Source of the DNA: Hormiphora californensis
Taxonomy: Eukaryota > Animalia > Ctenophora
Length of the DNA stretch: 64,000 nucleotides
Reading direction: 5' to 3'
Assembly: GCA_020137815.1 (NCBI GenBank)
Contig: CM035352.1
Coordinates: forward strand, 8,432,001 to 8,496,000
Positions 1 to 13,209 of the stretch are shown piece after piece. A model generated the notes under the pieces. It was not told where the DNA came from and did not search any database. It saw nothing but the letters and a program-made list of their open reading frames with translations. Numbering within the stretch: the first letter of the stretch is position 1; each line of letters begins with the position of its first letter. The translations under genes were made by a program, and so were the position numbers.

Positions 1-734
1 TCGACCAACCAAGGCATTCATTCGGCAGCCTGGTTATTGAGCTTTTGCTAATGACAGGTGGTAGCTTTTATCAACACCATTAGTCTTTAGCTGGAATGCT
101 GTGATTGTTGGCGTTCTCCTTTCCTATTTCCCAGCCCTGTTAACATGCATTAGAGGGTTAGCTAGCGCCAGGTGTCATTAGATTCCTCTTTAAATCCATC
201 TCCGAGATCGCCCCCAGTCGAAACATTGCATCTTTGTGAATGTTTCTTCTTTTCCTCTTTCTTGTATTTTTGGGACAATGTCATACTAAAGGAGTTAGGC
301 CGGGCAGTGAACGTTTTGGGGATCCTCCTTCTTGGCGTGATTATGGCCCCTCTTCCTCCCCTTCCACTCACCCAACCTCATCGACTTCTTTTATAACCCC
401 AACAACATCTCAACATGTTGTTCATGGTAAACATTTCGGGGGGGGGGGGGGGCACAGTTTCCTGTTTCGCAGTAGCCCAGGTGTCGTGTATTCGTCTGTT
501 TCTAAAGTCCATTTTCATTTCTCTATTCCACTTGATAGTAGCATCATAGTGATTCACTTTATCTATGTTGTAAAGCTAGTAACGTCTGCCATCACCCCTA
601 TCTAACTCAGATATTACTTTTTTAATGGAACCACATCACGTCTTTATCTCCCAGCAAACCTCCCCTGCTATCCCTTCTCTAAATTCTAAGGACAGCTATA
701 TAGTACTTTGTAACTGTCAGCTACCTCTCGCTCT

Positions 735-1060
735 CCCGCCTCTAGACTCGTGTACAATAACCCCCTCTCCCTGCCACTAGACTCGTGTACAATAACCCCC
801 TCTCCCTGCCACTAGACCAATGTATAATAACCCCCTCTCCCCTGCCTCTAATAACCCCCTTTCCCTGCCTCTAATAACCCCCTTTCCCTGCCTCTAATAA
901 CCCCTCTCCCTGCCTCTAGACTCCTGACTCATGTACAATACCCCCCTGCCTCTAATAACCCCTCCCCCTGCCTCTTATAACCCCCTCTCCCTGCCTCTAG
1001 TCTCATGTACAATAACCCCCTCTCCCTGCCTCTAGACTCATGTACAATAACCTGCCCTGG
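735..1060. repeat. Minisatellite (about 20-40 bp units, CTCTAGACTCRTGTACAATAACCCCCTCTCCCTGC)
   Basis: Repeated units visible directly upstream of the kinase. Confidence 0.9.
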
Positions 1061-1067
1061 ACTCGAG

Positions 1068-3063
1068 ATGACGAGAACAGAGGAAAATACACTGGAACCT
1101 TCGGAGAGGTACACGTGTGGAAGAGAATAAAAAACGGGAAACGGGAAATGGCGGTTGTAAAGATCCCGACCGTTCCCCAACACATTGAAAAACTGCACAA
1201 AGAACGGGACAAAATGCTCCGGATCAACCATCAGAACATAGTACAATGCCTTTCTCCGACTATATTCGGGGAGGATTTCAACCTGGATAAACAATACAAG
1301 AGTGGTATCCCCTGGAGGGATGTGTTGGTTATGGAGTTTTGCAATGCGGGTAATTTAAGGAAGGTTTTTAATGCTAATAAAGCACGGTGTGAGCATGGAG
1401 GAGAGTCTGAATATTTGTAGTGATTTGGGAGGGGCGCTACAATATCTCCACGAGACACACCACATTATACATAGGTGAGCGGTTGGGATGAACGGGGGGG
1501 GGGGTTCCTTCTTAATTCAGGTGTTCGGGTTGTACAGACGTTTGGTTTGGGGGGGGGGGGGGTGTCCCCCGTTTGTGTCGATTGTACCTTGAACTGCGCC
1601 CCGAAGTGGTACTGTTGTGTCCGTCTGTCTAACATTCTTTTCATTCTACAGGGATATGAAGCCAGAGAATATCTTCGTCTCCAAAACAACCAACCCATCT
1701 CGACCATTCCTTTACAAAGTTGGGGACTTGGGCGAAGTGACGGAGGTCATGAAATCAGATGGTCTCACTCACGTCTCTACCCTTCAGACCCACGGCACCT
1801 TCGCATACATGGCCCCTGAACAACTCCTATACGATCCTTATGACGGAACTATGAAGATGGGTGAAAGTACAGACTTGTGGGGTCTAGGAACGATCATATC
1901 TGAAGCGGTGTACGGGCTCCGTCCCTTTTTTCACGACCAAGGCCACCACATACACACAGACATTGCAACATACTGTAACAGCATTATAACAAAATCTGAT
2001 GAAACAATTCATATTTACTAAGGAGGGCGCTATGAGGGATGCTAACTTTAGTCCCATCCACTGTGCAGAGCTACCCCACAACTCAACTCTCCCTCCCTTT
2101 ATGTTATCCCGGGTTAATGGCATCCTCAGGAGTGCCTTTCTATCAAATCGGAAGGTCCGGGGTGATAACTGGAATGGGGTGTTTGGAATTTATAGGATGA
2201 TTAAAGAACTGGCGGAGATGAAGATCTGCAAGGTATTTGATTGTGATCGTGCACACTTTCGGTATGAAGAGGTCGTGACGTCACAAGGAGATTCTACTCC
2301 GCAAACAATCGACCAGATCATTATCACAACAGATGGTGATACCGTCACCCTCCCCCTAACCACAGGTTTCTACCTTGCATTCTCTGACTCCCCAGAGCAA
2401 GCTCTGAGGATTCCTGAGGTACCCCGGACCCTTCAAGAGTATTTCGAGGACTCTGAAATGTTCTACAAACGGGGCCTGGAACGAAGTTTAGTGGGGTATA
2501 TCCTCAAATTAAAGCTGTACTTGGCTGCCATGGTAACCAGCTTGTCAGCATTCCGCTCGCTGGTAAAGACACGAAACGATCAGTTCCAATCCGGCCACCT
2601 GGGCCCTTTTAAAGCGCTCAGTGAACTCCAGGATTACCCAGTCTACCAAGACATGGTGACTGATTGTACGTCTCTTCTGGCAGGAGCTGGGGAGCTGGTG
2701 GAGCATTGTGGGGATCTGGAGAGGGACATTGAGATCCAGGTTCAGTATATCTCCTGGTGGGTGGACACATTTAGAGGGTTCTCCAGTCACACTGAGTGGA
2801 CTGATGTCTACCTGTTAGTAGATAGTTTCAAGGAACGCTACACGGAGCTTGCTAAACGGTTTTCTGTGCTGTCTAATGGTGTGTATCGGCACGTGGGTAG
2901 GGTTGAGGAGAAGAAAGGGGAGGTCGAGGGGGCAAGGGGGACAATATTTAAGGCACAGAAGATCCGGTCTACTGCTGTCCCGGGTAATAGAATTACACTG
3001 CTGTTAGAGGAAAATGAAAAACTGTTCCGGGAGCTGCAGTTAGAGTTAAATTCAGAACAATGA
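1068..3063 (+). pseudogene. IKK/TBK1-family Ser/Thr kinase, frameshifted (pseudogene or assembly errors)
   Basis: Kinase motifs: GTFGEV, VVK, MEFCNAGNL, LQYLHETHHIIHR|DMKPEN across GT-AG intron ~1474-1651, GDLG (IKK-type DLG), GTFAYMAPE, DLWGLG..GLRPF, then a long helical C-terminus (1999-3063). Frame breaks near 1095, 1375 and 2010. Confidence 0.75.
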
Positions 3064-3304
3064 TCAATGATTGATCATCATTGAATGATGTAAAATATAA
3101 ACACACTTTAGAACTCACTTTTGCACTTTTATGGGAATTTATTTGTTGATGTAACTTACTTTTTTACTAGACTGATGATGTAGTATACAAGCCCTTTTAT
3201 TTTGTTTTTTTAGAAACACAGACTCATTATTTTGTCCAATTCTAATCAAATGATTCTTAATTATCAATCCTTACAAACTTTTCTGTAGCAAAAACAAAAC
3301 CGCT

Positions 3305-5225
3305 ATGTCTGCTCTACGACGTCTACTAAACGTACGTCCCCTGTGTATGCGAGCCCTATCTGATGTCGCCAAGGTGCAGTCTGTGATACCCAGTGTGACG
3401 GACCAGGCTAACCCCATCGCTGGATACGAGTATATCAGGACGGAATCTCATCCTGTTGGCGCTAGTACTGACAAATTCCCCTCTGCTCCCCCCGCCACCA
3501 CCGGTATTCATGTTGTTACTGGAGAGGAGGTGAAGTTCCCTTATTTTCACTGCAAGGATGCCTGTTATGATCCCAATGTGACCATCACGTAAGTTGTGTG
3601 TTGTAGAGCCTAAGTGTTGTAGAGAATTGTAATTTGACCATCACATTCTTTACTACTGCTTCTAACTTTGCATTCATCATTTTATGAAGGTTATAAGGTG
3701 GCTTACAATTTATTATTAGGATCGCATTACATCTAAATGTTACACCTGGTGCTTCCCGGAGAGGGCCTGTTACATTTCGCAAATCAACAATATTCTCTCC
3801 TTCTCTCTTACTACTTAGCTCTGCCGAACCCTGAACCCTCACAAACACTAATAAAATGTAATGTGCGCCACACTCTCTCCTCTCTCAGCGATTTGTAACA
3901 ATAATCTCTCTCTCCCCCTCTCAGCGACCTGGTTGAGGTTATCCCTGCTGACTCGGAAAAGGGACCCATCGATATCTGGCTAGATGGTTTCGAGTTCCCT
4001 GAGCTGCCTAAGAAGGCTGGAGAGGTCTACAAAATTAAGGGTAAGTTAGAAAGAGTGCATCTTGCTTTCCACTCCATATGATCTGATGATGTTGAATGTA
4101 ATTATTGATTTAATTAAATGAGCTCCTAGGGATAACCCAAATGTCACCGTGGGTCTGCTTCCTCTGATCCTTTCTCAACGCGGCCATTCTTCCTTGTTCT
4201 AACCCTCCTTTACAATATGATGTGAGAGAGTTGAGAGGGTCGAGCATGAGTCTTCCCTTCTTAATTCTTCTCTTACAATGGCCCTTGGGTCTGCTTCCTT
4301 TAACCCTTTCTCAACGTGCTCAGGGCCGGGTTTGAACACAACAAAGGTCTTCCATTCTTCATTTTTCTAACCCTCCTTTACAATATTGGATGTGAGAGAG
4401 TGTCGAGCAAGAGTCTGATCCCTTCTAACAATCCCTTTACACAGGTACGGCTGTCGGCGAGATGGGTCCCACTGCTGATTTGTGGCGTTACAAATACGAT
4501 ATCCCCGCTGTCGATGAGGCCTATCACTTTTGGAGGAAATATGGAACTATCAGGACGGACACCCTTCCCGAGGACCAGTTTGATGCAATGTGGACTCACT
4601 TCTTTAACAACCCCCTCCTCGACAGGTAGGAACACCCCAGGAATAACATGAGGTGGAATATATTGGATGGGAGTCCCTCCCATTCCCCAATATGTATCCT
4701 CCACTAATTAAATCCACTGCACTACCAGGTTTGAGTTGAGGCGAGGGTGCAACATTATTCACGATATGGATCTCATCCCGGAGCCCACTCTTGTAGAAGA
4801 GATGTTCAGGGCGTGTAGGAGAATTAACGATTATCCTATGACAATCAGGTATGTGTTTTAACTCTTTTACAATAACAACACCTGGTAACCATGGTAACCA
4901 ATTAGATAATTCTAGACGGACTGATCCCCATGATAGCCCTAACTCCCCTACCAGCCCACCCTTATTTCTACAGCCGCCCGCCCTTACTACCCTAGCAACC
5001 CCCCCCCCCCCGCCCTTACTACCTTCCCTTCCCACCGGCCCTTACCATACTTCCCCTTCCCCCAGGATCCTGGAGGGTATCAAGGACAAGCTCCCCTACG
5101 ACCCTGTAGTCTACAAGTGGATGGTTCAGGAACTAACCCCCGTTATGAACGAGCTAGGTATCAAGACCCCTGATGAGCTCGGACTACACATAGCCCCTGA
5201 GGGAAAGGGACCTCTACCTTACTAG
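3305..5225 (+). CDS. COX5A: Cytochrome c oxidase subunit 5A with long N-terminal extension (~286 aa)
   Basis: Exons 3305-3588, 3925-4040, 4445-4625, 4729-4848, 5066-5225, all GT-AG and phase-consistent. C-terminal DLIPEP..ACRRINDY...RILEGIKDK...QELTPVMNELGIKTPDELG is the COX5A signature. N-terminus resembles a mitochondrial presequence. Confidence 0.9.
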
Positions 5226-5555
5226 ATATATTCCAATTTGAGAGAGTGAGAGAGACAGTGCCGGCACGGATCATGGATAGGTGCAGGACTTAGAGGAGTG
5301 TTAGAGCTGAGTGAAGCGTGTTAGTGAGTTTTGTAAATTATTAACTACATACAATCAACAAGTGTGTTTTCTGCTACTGTGCTACTTCTTCTCTTTATGT
5401 GTTCACTACATCGTATTTCTCTCTCCCCCCAAATCCGATTCAAAAAAACGTAACTTCCCCGACTCTCCCAACACGATTCAAAAACAACCGACTACCTCCA
5501 AAATGTAATTCCAAACTTGCGTTTTCTTTTACTAATTCCAAACTGTTTAATAGCT

Positions 5556-7669
5556 ATGGCGAACCGTACGGTGAAGGATGCGGTAACAATAAAGGGGACA
5601 AACCCTCAGTATATAGTGGAGAAAATTATCAGAACAAGAATCTATGAGAGCAAATACTGGAAGGAAGAGTGCTTTGCTCTCACTGCGGAATTACTGGTGG
5701 ACAAGGCCATGGACATCAAGTAATTAACTTGTCAATTAATCAATACACGTCTCCAGCGTTAATTAATCAACCCCAGATGTATATCCTTCTGCTGCTACTA
5801 TCTGTCCCCCATAATATATATTGTGTTCAGTTGTTTGGTGCCCCACCTAAATTATCTCCCTCCCTATCAGGTATATTGGTGGCACATTTGGGGGAAATAT
5901 CAAACCCACACCCTTCATCTGCCTAGCTCTAAAGATGCTGCAGATTCAGCCAGAGAAAGACATTGTACTTGAGTTTATTAAAAACGCAGATTACAAGTAA
6001 GGGAGGTGTTGGACACATTTTAGACGGGTTTTAGACTCGATTAATTTAGACACGTTTTAGACAAATTTTAAGTGTTGGACAAGTTTTAGACAAGTGTAGG
6101 ACAAGTTTTAGACAAGTTTTATACAAGTTTTATACAAGTTTTAGACCGGTTTTATACACGTTTTAGTCATGATTTAGACACGTTTTGGACACGTTTTAGA
6201 CAAGTTTTAGTAGTTAGTCTAACACTCTTCTTCCACATCTATATCTCTGCTAAAATCCTGTGTGTTTCAGATATGTAAGATGTTTAGGAGCGTTTTACCT
6301 GCGACTAACTGGTTCTGCTAAAGACTGCTACAACTACCTTGAGCCTCTATTCAACGACTACAGAAAGGTATATTTGTAGTTTTTGTTCGTGTTACGTAGT
6401 CCCTACATAGTTCTGTAATATATGATTATTTTTAATTAAAATTAATTAATTAATTAGTTAATTAATTATTAACTCTTTTACCCCTTAGATCAAGTTAAAA
6501 AATCGAAACGGAGTTTATGAACTTGCTCACATAGACGAATTTGTCGAGAGTCTTCTTACAGCAGAGATGTGGTGTGGACAAAGTCTGCCACGAATACAAA
6601 AGCGGTGAGTTATTGCATATTGCATTCATAATTATAACAAGAATAAGGAAAATCTAGATGTCTTTCCGTGTACCGACATCGTCCGTCGAAGATTCTAGAA
6701 TTGCCACTATGTCACAGTTTTAAGGCAACTTTTGAGCGGGCGCGGTCTGGATTTTGTTGGGATCATAGCGCGCAACTCTCCCTGTCGCTCGACTTCACCC
6801 GCGCACTTGGCGACAGAAGTTCAGAAATTACACGCCTGAGTTCCCGGTTCAGGTCTTGCTTCATTTTATGCGATGTGAGCCACATACCTCGTGCTAGACC
6901 ACGACATATGTAACTGCATATACAGCATATAATGTTGCCAACAAATTTATCAACTTGTACCCCGTCCTCCCATTTATTAACTTGTACTCCCCCTCTCAGG
7001 CACATATTAGAGGAAAATAACGAGATTGAGCCCCGAGTCAGTGCTCTCGACGACGATTTAATGGACATGTCGAGTGAGGATGACACAGTACCTGATTATG
7101 TATACAACTCAGAACCTAGAGCGAAACTAAACATGAGACGAGATCCCCCTAAATCTCCCACCCTAGTTAGAAAATCACCGCCTCCGCGGGCTGATAGGGG
7201 TAGGAGTAGATCACCACCAGCTAAACGGGGTAGAAGCAGGAGTCCAGTCGCCAAAAGACCAGAGGGTGCAAGGAACCACAGTCCTGTAGAAAAGAGACGA
7301 TCGCCCGAGAAGAGACGATCTAGGTCGCCGGAAAAGAGACGATCTAGGTCGCCGGAGAAGAGACGATCTAGGTCGCCGGAGAAGAGACGACCTAGAGAGC
7401 CATCTCCAGATTTGAAACGAAGGAGCCCAGAGAGGAGAAGATCTCCACGCCGATCACCAGATAGAAGCCGCCGGTCCCCTCGCAGATTGAGCCCCAGACG
7501 AAGTCCCCGAAGGAGCCCAGAAAGGACAAGAAGAAGTCCAGATCGGTCCAGGAGAAGTCCGGAGAGACGTAGAAGGGACGATAGGTCACCGCCAGCCAGA
7601 TCTAGGAGATCTCCAAAACGGAGCCCCCGTAGAGACAGGAGTAGAAGTCCCAGGAGAGATAGGCGATGA
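5556..7669 (+). CDS. PRPF38A: Pre-mRNA splicing factor 38A with RS-rich tail
   Basis: MANRTVKDA..IKGTNPQY..RIYESKYWKEECFALTAE. Exons 5556-5719, 5871-5996, 6271-6367, 6489-6604, 7000-7669. C-terminal RSRSP repeats. Confidence 0.95.
6010..6212. repeat. Intronic ~11-bp tandem repeat (TTTTAGACAAG)
   Basis: Direct reading. Confidence 0.85.
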
Positions 7670-7931
7670 GGGGGAGGAAAGGGACGCTGTATTTTCAGTG
7701 TGTGTGTAATTGTTTTATTGAGTTTTATCCCCCGTATTTTATAACCAGAACATGACATTTTCTGAATTCTGATTCTCACTTGTTCAGTCTCTCTCCATCA
7801 CTACCTCTCTCTTGGTATTTGAAGGACGACAGTATAACTTCCCACATATCTGCGTTATCTCTACTATTACCCTCCCCCCTCCCAAAACCCCCTATTTTGT
7901 CTGTTGTAACCCAGTTATTTTGTAGTGAGGC

Positions 7932-10399
7932 ATGGCGTCGAATAAGAATATTCCGAAACCAGTGAAGTTCGCCTTCGGTGGTATCGCTGGGTAAGTTATT
8001 TTAAGTTTTTTCTACATTTACCCTCGTTTCTGTTCCCCATTTATCTCCCTCTCCCTAGTTTGAACTGTTACTTCCCCCACCCTCTTTTATTGCATCTCTA
8101 CCGTACCCAGTCTGTACTGTTGCTACCCCTACCTCCTTATAATTATCACATCTCTCTCTCCGCAGTATGGGAGCGACAGTGTTTGTCCAGCCGTTAGATC
8201 TCCTGAAGAACAGGATGCAGCTGAGTGGGGAGGGTGGTGCGGCTCGAGCCCACAGAACTGTCTTCCACGCTGCCATATCTGTCGTTAAATCTGAGGGAGT
8301 TCCAGGGCTATACCGTGGGTAAGAATTAACAATTATTGGGTTATTATTAGGTGTATTTGTAGATATATACTGTCCTGAGAATGGAATATATATTTAACCT
8401 CTCAATATCCCTATAGATTATCAGCAGGATTGGCTAGACAGCTCCTCTATACGACTACACGTGTCGGTATCTACACCAGTCTGTTTGATTCCTTCTCAGG
8501 AGAGGATGGTTCACCCCCGGGGTTTTTCACCAAGGCCGGATGTGGTGAGTACCAGGGGCCTGGGGCAAAGAGAGGGGTGTAGGGTTACTAAACCAAGAGA
8601 GGAGGTTGGCACGCCGGCAAGGGAGGGGTAACTTCGTTACCAAGAGAGGAGGGTACGCTCTGAGCTCTCCTTTTGAGGGATCACTGAACCAAATGACAGT
8701 CTATACCACACCCAAACAGTGCAATATAATGTTGTGTATATTGTTGTGTATCAACTAACACACTATGTTTTTCAGCCCTGACTGCGGGAGCTATTGGATC
8801 CTTTGTAGGGACCCCTGCTGAAATATCTCTCATCCGAATGACTGCAGGTCAGTTTGTCAGACACTGACTGTACATCGCGCAACCTCGATGCACAGTCAGA
8901 CCCCAAACACAGCTTTAGAACGCGCAAAGATCAACACACGGCGCGGTTTACACATTTTCAACACTTGTTCTTGTAAAAAAAGCTTCGCGCGACTTTCCCA
9001 CGGTGCGTGGGAAAAGTGAGAGACGCATTTAGGCTAACGAAAGAGAAGAGTTGGCGCGCGATAGCACTTGGTTTGCGCGTCGCGACTCAGAAACAAGTAG
9101 ACCCTTTGGGGTAAGACCGTCCTCGCTACGCGAGGCTGCTACGCGGCCTCACGTAGCCGCACCGGGCCTTCGGCCCGGTGCGGAGAGGACGGTCTTATAT
9201 GAGACAAAGGTCAGTGCATTCATTTCTAGTTGCAATGTATCTATGTAGAACTTATTGATTCAATCTCTGGAGTCAGCTGTTAATTACTAATTAAGATAAT
9301 TAATTAATTTTCATCTCAGATGGTGGGTTGCCGCCTGAGAAAAGGAGGAACTACAAGGGTGTTCTCAATGCCTTCTCTCGAATTGCTAAAGAGGAAGGTA
9401 TCGGTACACTATGGAGGGTAAGTTTTAAGTCCCCACCCCACTACGTTATAAATAAGACAGGGATGTTCTATGCTTCCTGGTTCCGACCGCCCCAGAAGCT
9501 GTGATTTGTGAAGCTGCCGGAGTTATCGGGTTGCAGGAGTAACCGGTCCATTCTTCTATAACTAGTGTCTATATTCCTGCAGGGCTGTGGACCTACAGTA
9601 GGAAGAGCCATAGTTGTCAACATTGCTCAACTTGTAACCTACTCCAGCGCTAAGGAACGCCTACTGGGATCAGGTAATAATTAACACACCTGTGTATATA
9701 ATGTAATGCAACCCCTCCCTCCCCCGTGTAATGCGACCACCCACCCCCCCCCCCCCCCCCCCCCACCCACCCCCAATTGCTCTAACAGACCCTTACCATT
9801 TACTCCCCCCTTCACTCCCCGCCCAACTTTACCCCCCCCCCCCCCAATATACAGCTCAACCCCACCCTTCCCACATCAGGTTACTTCAAGGACAATATCT
9901 TCTGTCACTTCACCTCCAGTATGATCAGTGGTCTGGCCACCACTATCGCCTCCATGCCCGTTGATATCTGCAAAACACGGATACAAAACATGAAAGTTGT
10001 GAACGGGGTCCCGGAATACAAAGGAGCCGTGGTAAGAAAATCGTTCTTAATTTTCAATTGATCTGCAAAGAAATGTTTTTGTTTGTAGTTCAAGGCTCAA
10101 GATCCAGGTCGATTACGTTCGCCAGCATCTCTTCACAGATCAAGTTACATTTTCAATTTGTTTTTTCAATTAATTGGTTATTTTCAGTTTGTTATTTTTC
10201 AATTATTGTTAGTTAATGATGATTCCCCCCCCCCCTCTATCAGGACGTGTTCTTGAAGATTGTCCGTAACGAAGGATTCTTCTCTCTCTGGAAGGGGTTC
10301 ACACCCTACTACGCCCGAATTGGACCTCACACTGTCCTGATGTTCATCTTCCTTGAACAGCTCAACAAAACTTATATCAAAGTGGCTGGCCTCAAATAG
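7932..10399 (+). CDS. SLC25A11: Mitochondrial 2-oxoglutarate/malate carrier
   Basis: 8 exons (7932-7990, 8166-8318, 8417-8544, 8776-8847, 9320-9417, 9583-9673, 9880-10031, 10244-10399). Motifs KFAFGGIAGMGATVFVQPLDLLKNRMQLSG, GTPAEISLIRMTADG, SMPVDICKTRIQNMK, KGFTPYYARIGPHTVLMFIFLEQ. Confidence 0.95.
8606..8643. mobile_element. Very short MITE, TTGG...CCAA family (internally deleted copy)
   Basis: 9-bp TSD GAGAGGAGG on both sides; right end matches the copies at 50591 and 51543. Confidence 0.65.
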
Positions 10400-10510
10400 A
10401 GAGGGTGTGTTGAAAAGTGGTAAACTCTGAGATAATATAATATATAATGGTGGATCTCCCGATGGAACATAAATTGCATGAAAAGACACTGATACTGATA
10501 TTTTTAGAAG

Positions 10511-11420
10511 ATATTAGGCTGTCCAGTAATGATTGTCGTTGGGCTTTTATCGAAAAATGGTTTGAGATAGAGCAAAATGGACTTCACCACCGTTTTTCTC
10601 ATGCGATTTTAGATCGGAATATGATGCCTGATACTGGTATTTGGTTGTTCTCGGTTCCCACCAGGCTATTTCCTCTACGCCACTCTTTTTGCTGCTGCAC
10701 GGGGTTACCAATGTTTTTTAAACGCTGCTGGAAGAAAATTGGTACGGTTTCTTCAGCTCCCGTAGTGCTCAATCGATAGACAATCGTCTAAGGATGAGAT
10801 ATGTATGCGATTTGGGTCTCTAAGTGTTCACTTATAACCTCTAGAACAGTAAATGTATCATGAAAAAGCGAAAAATTGCATACAAAAACTGGCCCGCTTT
10901 CGAAAACGTCAATTAGTCACTTTAAAAGTCAACCAATCACATAATTGGCTTCACTACTTCTTAGAGTTTACTTAGAACTATCTTTTACTGCAGAGTTTTT
11001 TATTACAAGTCAATCCTGATGAGACCCGGAAGTAAAAGTTTCTAATTTTTACCAAAACTTTTTGGAGGCACATTGCTCAGTGACAAAATAAAGATAGGAT
11101 ATTTCATTACATCTTAAACGATAGATAATTGTCCAATGAACAAGCTTGATGCAACAAAACATCACTCAGGTACCATTTTTAAGAAGTACAGCAGTTTTGG
11201 TGCTAAAACTCGAAAATCGCAATTTTTCATATGCAGCGTCAACAAGAGTGGGGTAGAGAAAATAGCCTGCTGGGAACCAATAACAAGCACATACCGATAC
11301 CGGGCATCTTATTCCGATCCAAAATCGCATGAGAAAGACGGCGGTGAAGTCCATTTTGCTCTATCTCAAACCATTGTCTCATAAAAGCCCAACGACAATC
11401 AATACTGGACAGCCTAATAT
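10511..11420. mobile_element. Non-autonomous DNA transposon (MITE, ~0.9 kb)
   Basis: 40-bp TIR ATATTAGGCTGTCCAGTAWTGATTGTCGTTGGGCTTTTAT plus subterminal inverted motif GATAGAGCAAAATGGACTTCACC. Probable TA target. Confidence 0.9.
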
Positions 11421-12357
11421 AAAGATCTGGTTTTGGATTTGTGATATCGATTGAATTTGATAGAGCGGATTTTTTGATGCCTTGTTTTTTGTCTGTTTCT
11501 GTTAGGGTAACTTATTCACTTGGTGTTTGATTAGCTATATCAGTTTTGTTGTAAGTTTGTGTGTGATTTGTTTTGTTTTAGATCCTATTAAATAGGAGTT
11601 TGATCTTTTGGGCTGAAGTTTTCCGATGTTTTTTTCAATTCGTCATAGTGGTTGTAGATTTGGATTGAAAATTCAGAACGACTGTCTGTTTGTTAGGGAA
11701 TACTCGTATCATTTTGACTTAAGAAAGAATATTAAAAAGAGAAGACTATTGTACAGAAAGATTATAAAATTACGTTTTACTTCAACAATTTGGAAATATT
11801 TTACTTTTTACAAACAAAAGTGCTCCTGCATCGAGAACAAAAAACTTAAGCAGATCTAAATCTATCGAATCGATGCATGGGCACTTGGACAGCGGCGCTA
11901 CTCACCAGACCCCGTTTTGATTCTAAGATCGGCTCGGCGCCGCTAGACACGGTCTGGGAGTTGGGACAGATGGTGGGCACACTTGAGTCTCTAAAAAGTC
12001 TATCTCAGCGGATGCGTCATTTTACTGTCACACGCAGTGGCCATTGGTTGATAGACCACAATGTCCCTTGCAGCGTACACGTAGTATGTAAAGCAATTCG
12101 GAACGGCTGGTGTTGGTATTGAGTAGTTGAGTATCAGTATCAAGGTCTGAGTGGTGGTACTCTCAGTGGCGTCGTGGTGGTCGATGGTGACTGACAGCGG
12201 TGCTGGATTTCTTGATTCTACCTATCGCTTTCTGCCCTGACATGACCCGCTGTGCTGCTGCCTCAAATGAACTATTGTGTCTCTCGTCCTCATCGACACA
12301 CATTCCCAGCTGCAGCATACTGAAAAATAGTGGGAGAGAGAGAGTCAGCACGATGCC

Positions 12358-12849
12358 TGGGCAAATTTTGATTTGCCGCAGACGCCGTCTACACGCCGTT
12401 CAGACGTCGTCCAGACGGTACCCATCTAGACGGGTTTTCCGTCTGGACGGCGTGTAGAGGGCGTCAGACGGAGTCATATGGGCTTGAGACGTGCCGTTCA
12501 AACGGCCGTCTGAAACGGTTTCTACCCGTTTAAACGGATCAGTTACACGTAATTGGACGAAATCAGACGGAACTTCAGAAATCAGACGGAAACCAAACCC
12601 GTCTCAAGCACTGAGATGGGTTTGGTTTCCGTCTGATTTCTGAAGTTCCGTCTGATTTCGTCCAATTACGTGTAACTGATCCGTTTAAACGGGTAGAAAC
12701 CGTTTCAGACGGCCGTTTGAACGGCACGTCTCAAGCCCATATGACTCCGTCTGACGCCCTCTACACGCCTTCCAGACGGAAAACCTGTCTAGACGGGTAC
12801 GGTCTGGACGTCGTGTAGACGGCGTCTGCGGCAAATCAAAATTTGCCCA
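12358..12849. mobile_element. Near-perfect ~490-bp palindromic (hairpin) MITE
   Basis: Arms TGGGCAAATTTTGATTTGCCGCAGACG... mirror each other to a centre near 12608. Confidence 0.9.
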
Positions 12850-13186
12850 TCGGGTTGGTCACATTGATACCTGAGTGAGATCGACGTCGCGCGCGACTGA
12901 GATCGATCTCACATACATATTCTTCGCGGAGCGAGAATAGGTTGCAATGGAGCCAACCCATCGGGCAGATCCAATGGCTGTCTGGCGCCGTAGCCTCTAG
13001 CTTACTTAGTTTCAAATCTGTCATGTGATTTGAGTCTCCGCCAGACAGGATACAGTTTATGATTGAGAGTTTGCAAATGCTTATCACACGTTCATTCAAT
13101 CACACACACATTCACACACTAAATGCTCAACTTTTCACTGCACTGCTATGCAAACTCTATCACACTGTCACACACTCTGACTCAGC

Positions 13187-13209
13187 TTGTCAGGCCAATG
13201 CTCTGACAG
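13187..13209 (+). mobile_element. 23-bp micro-element, copy 1
   Basis: TTGTCAGGCCAATGCTCTGACAG flanked by GACTCAGC/GACTCGAC (degenerate 8-bp TSD). Confidence 0.75.

Noticed and set aside
162-605. Short overlapping ORFs at the window start
   Set aside because: No recognisable homology or consistent splice structure.
7096-7779. 227-aa minus-strand ORF
   Set aside because: Antisense shadow of the PRPF38A RS repeats.
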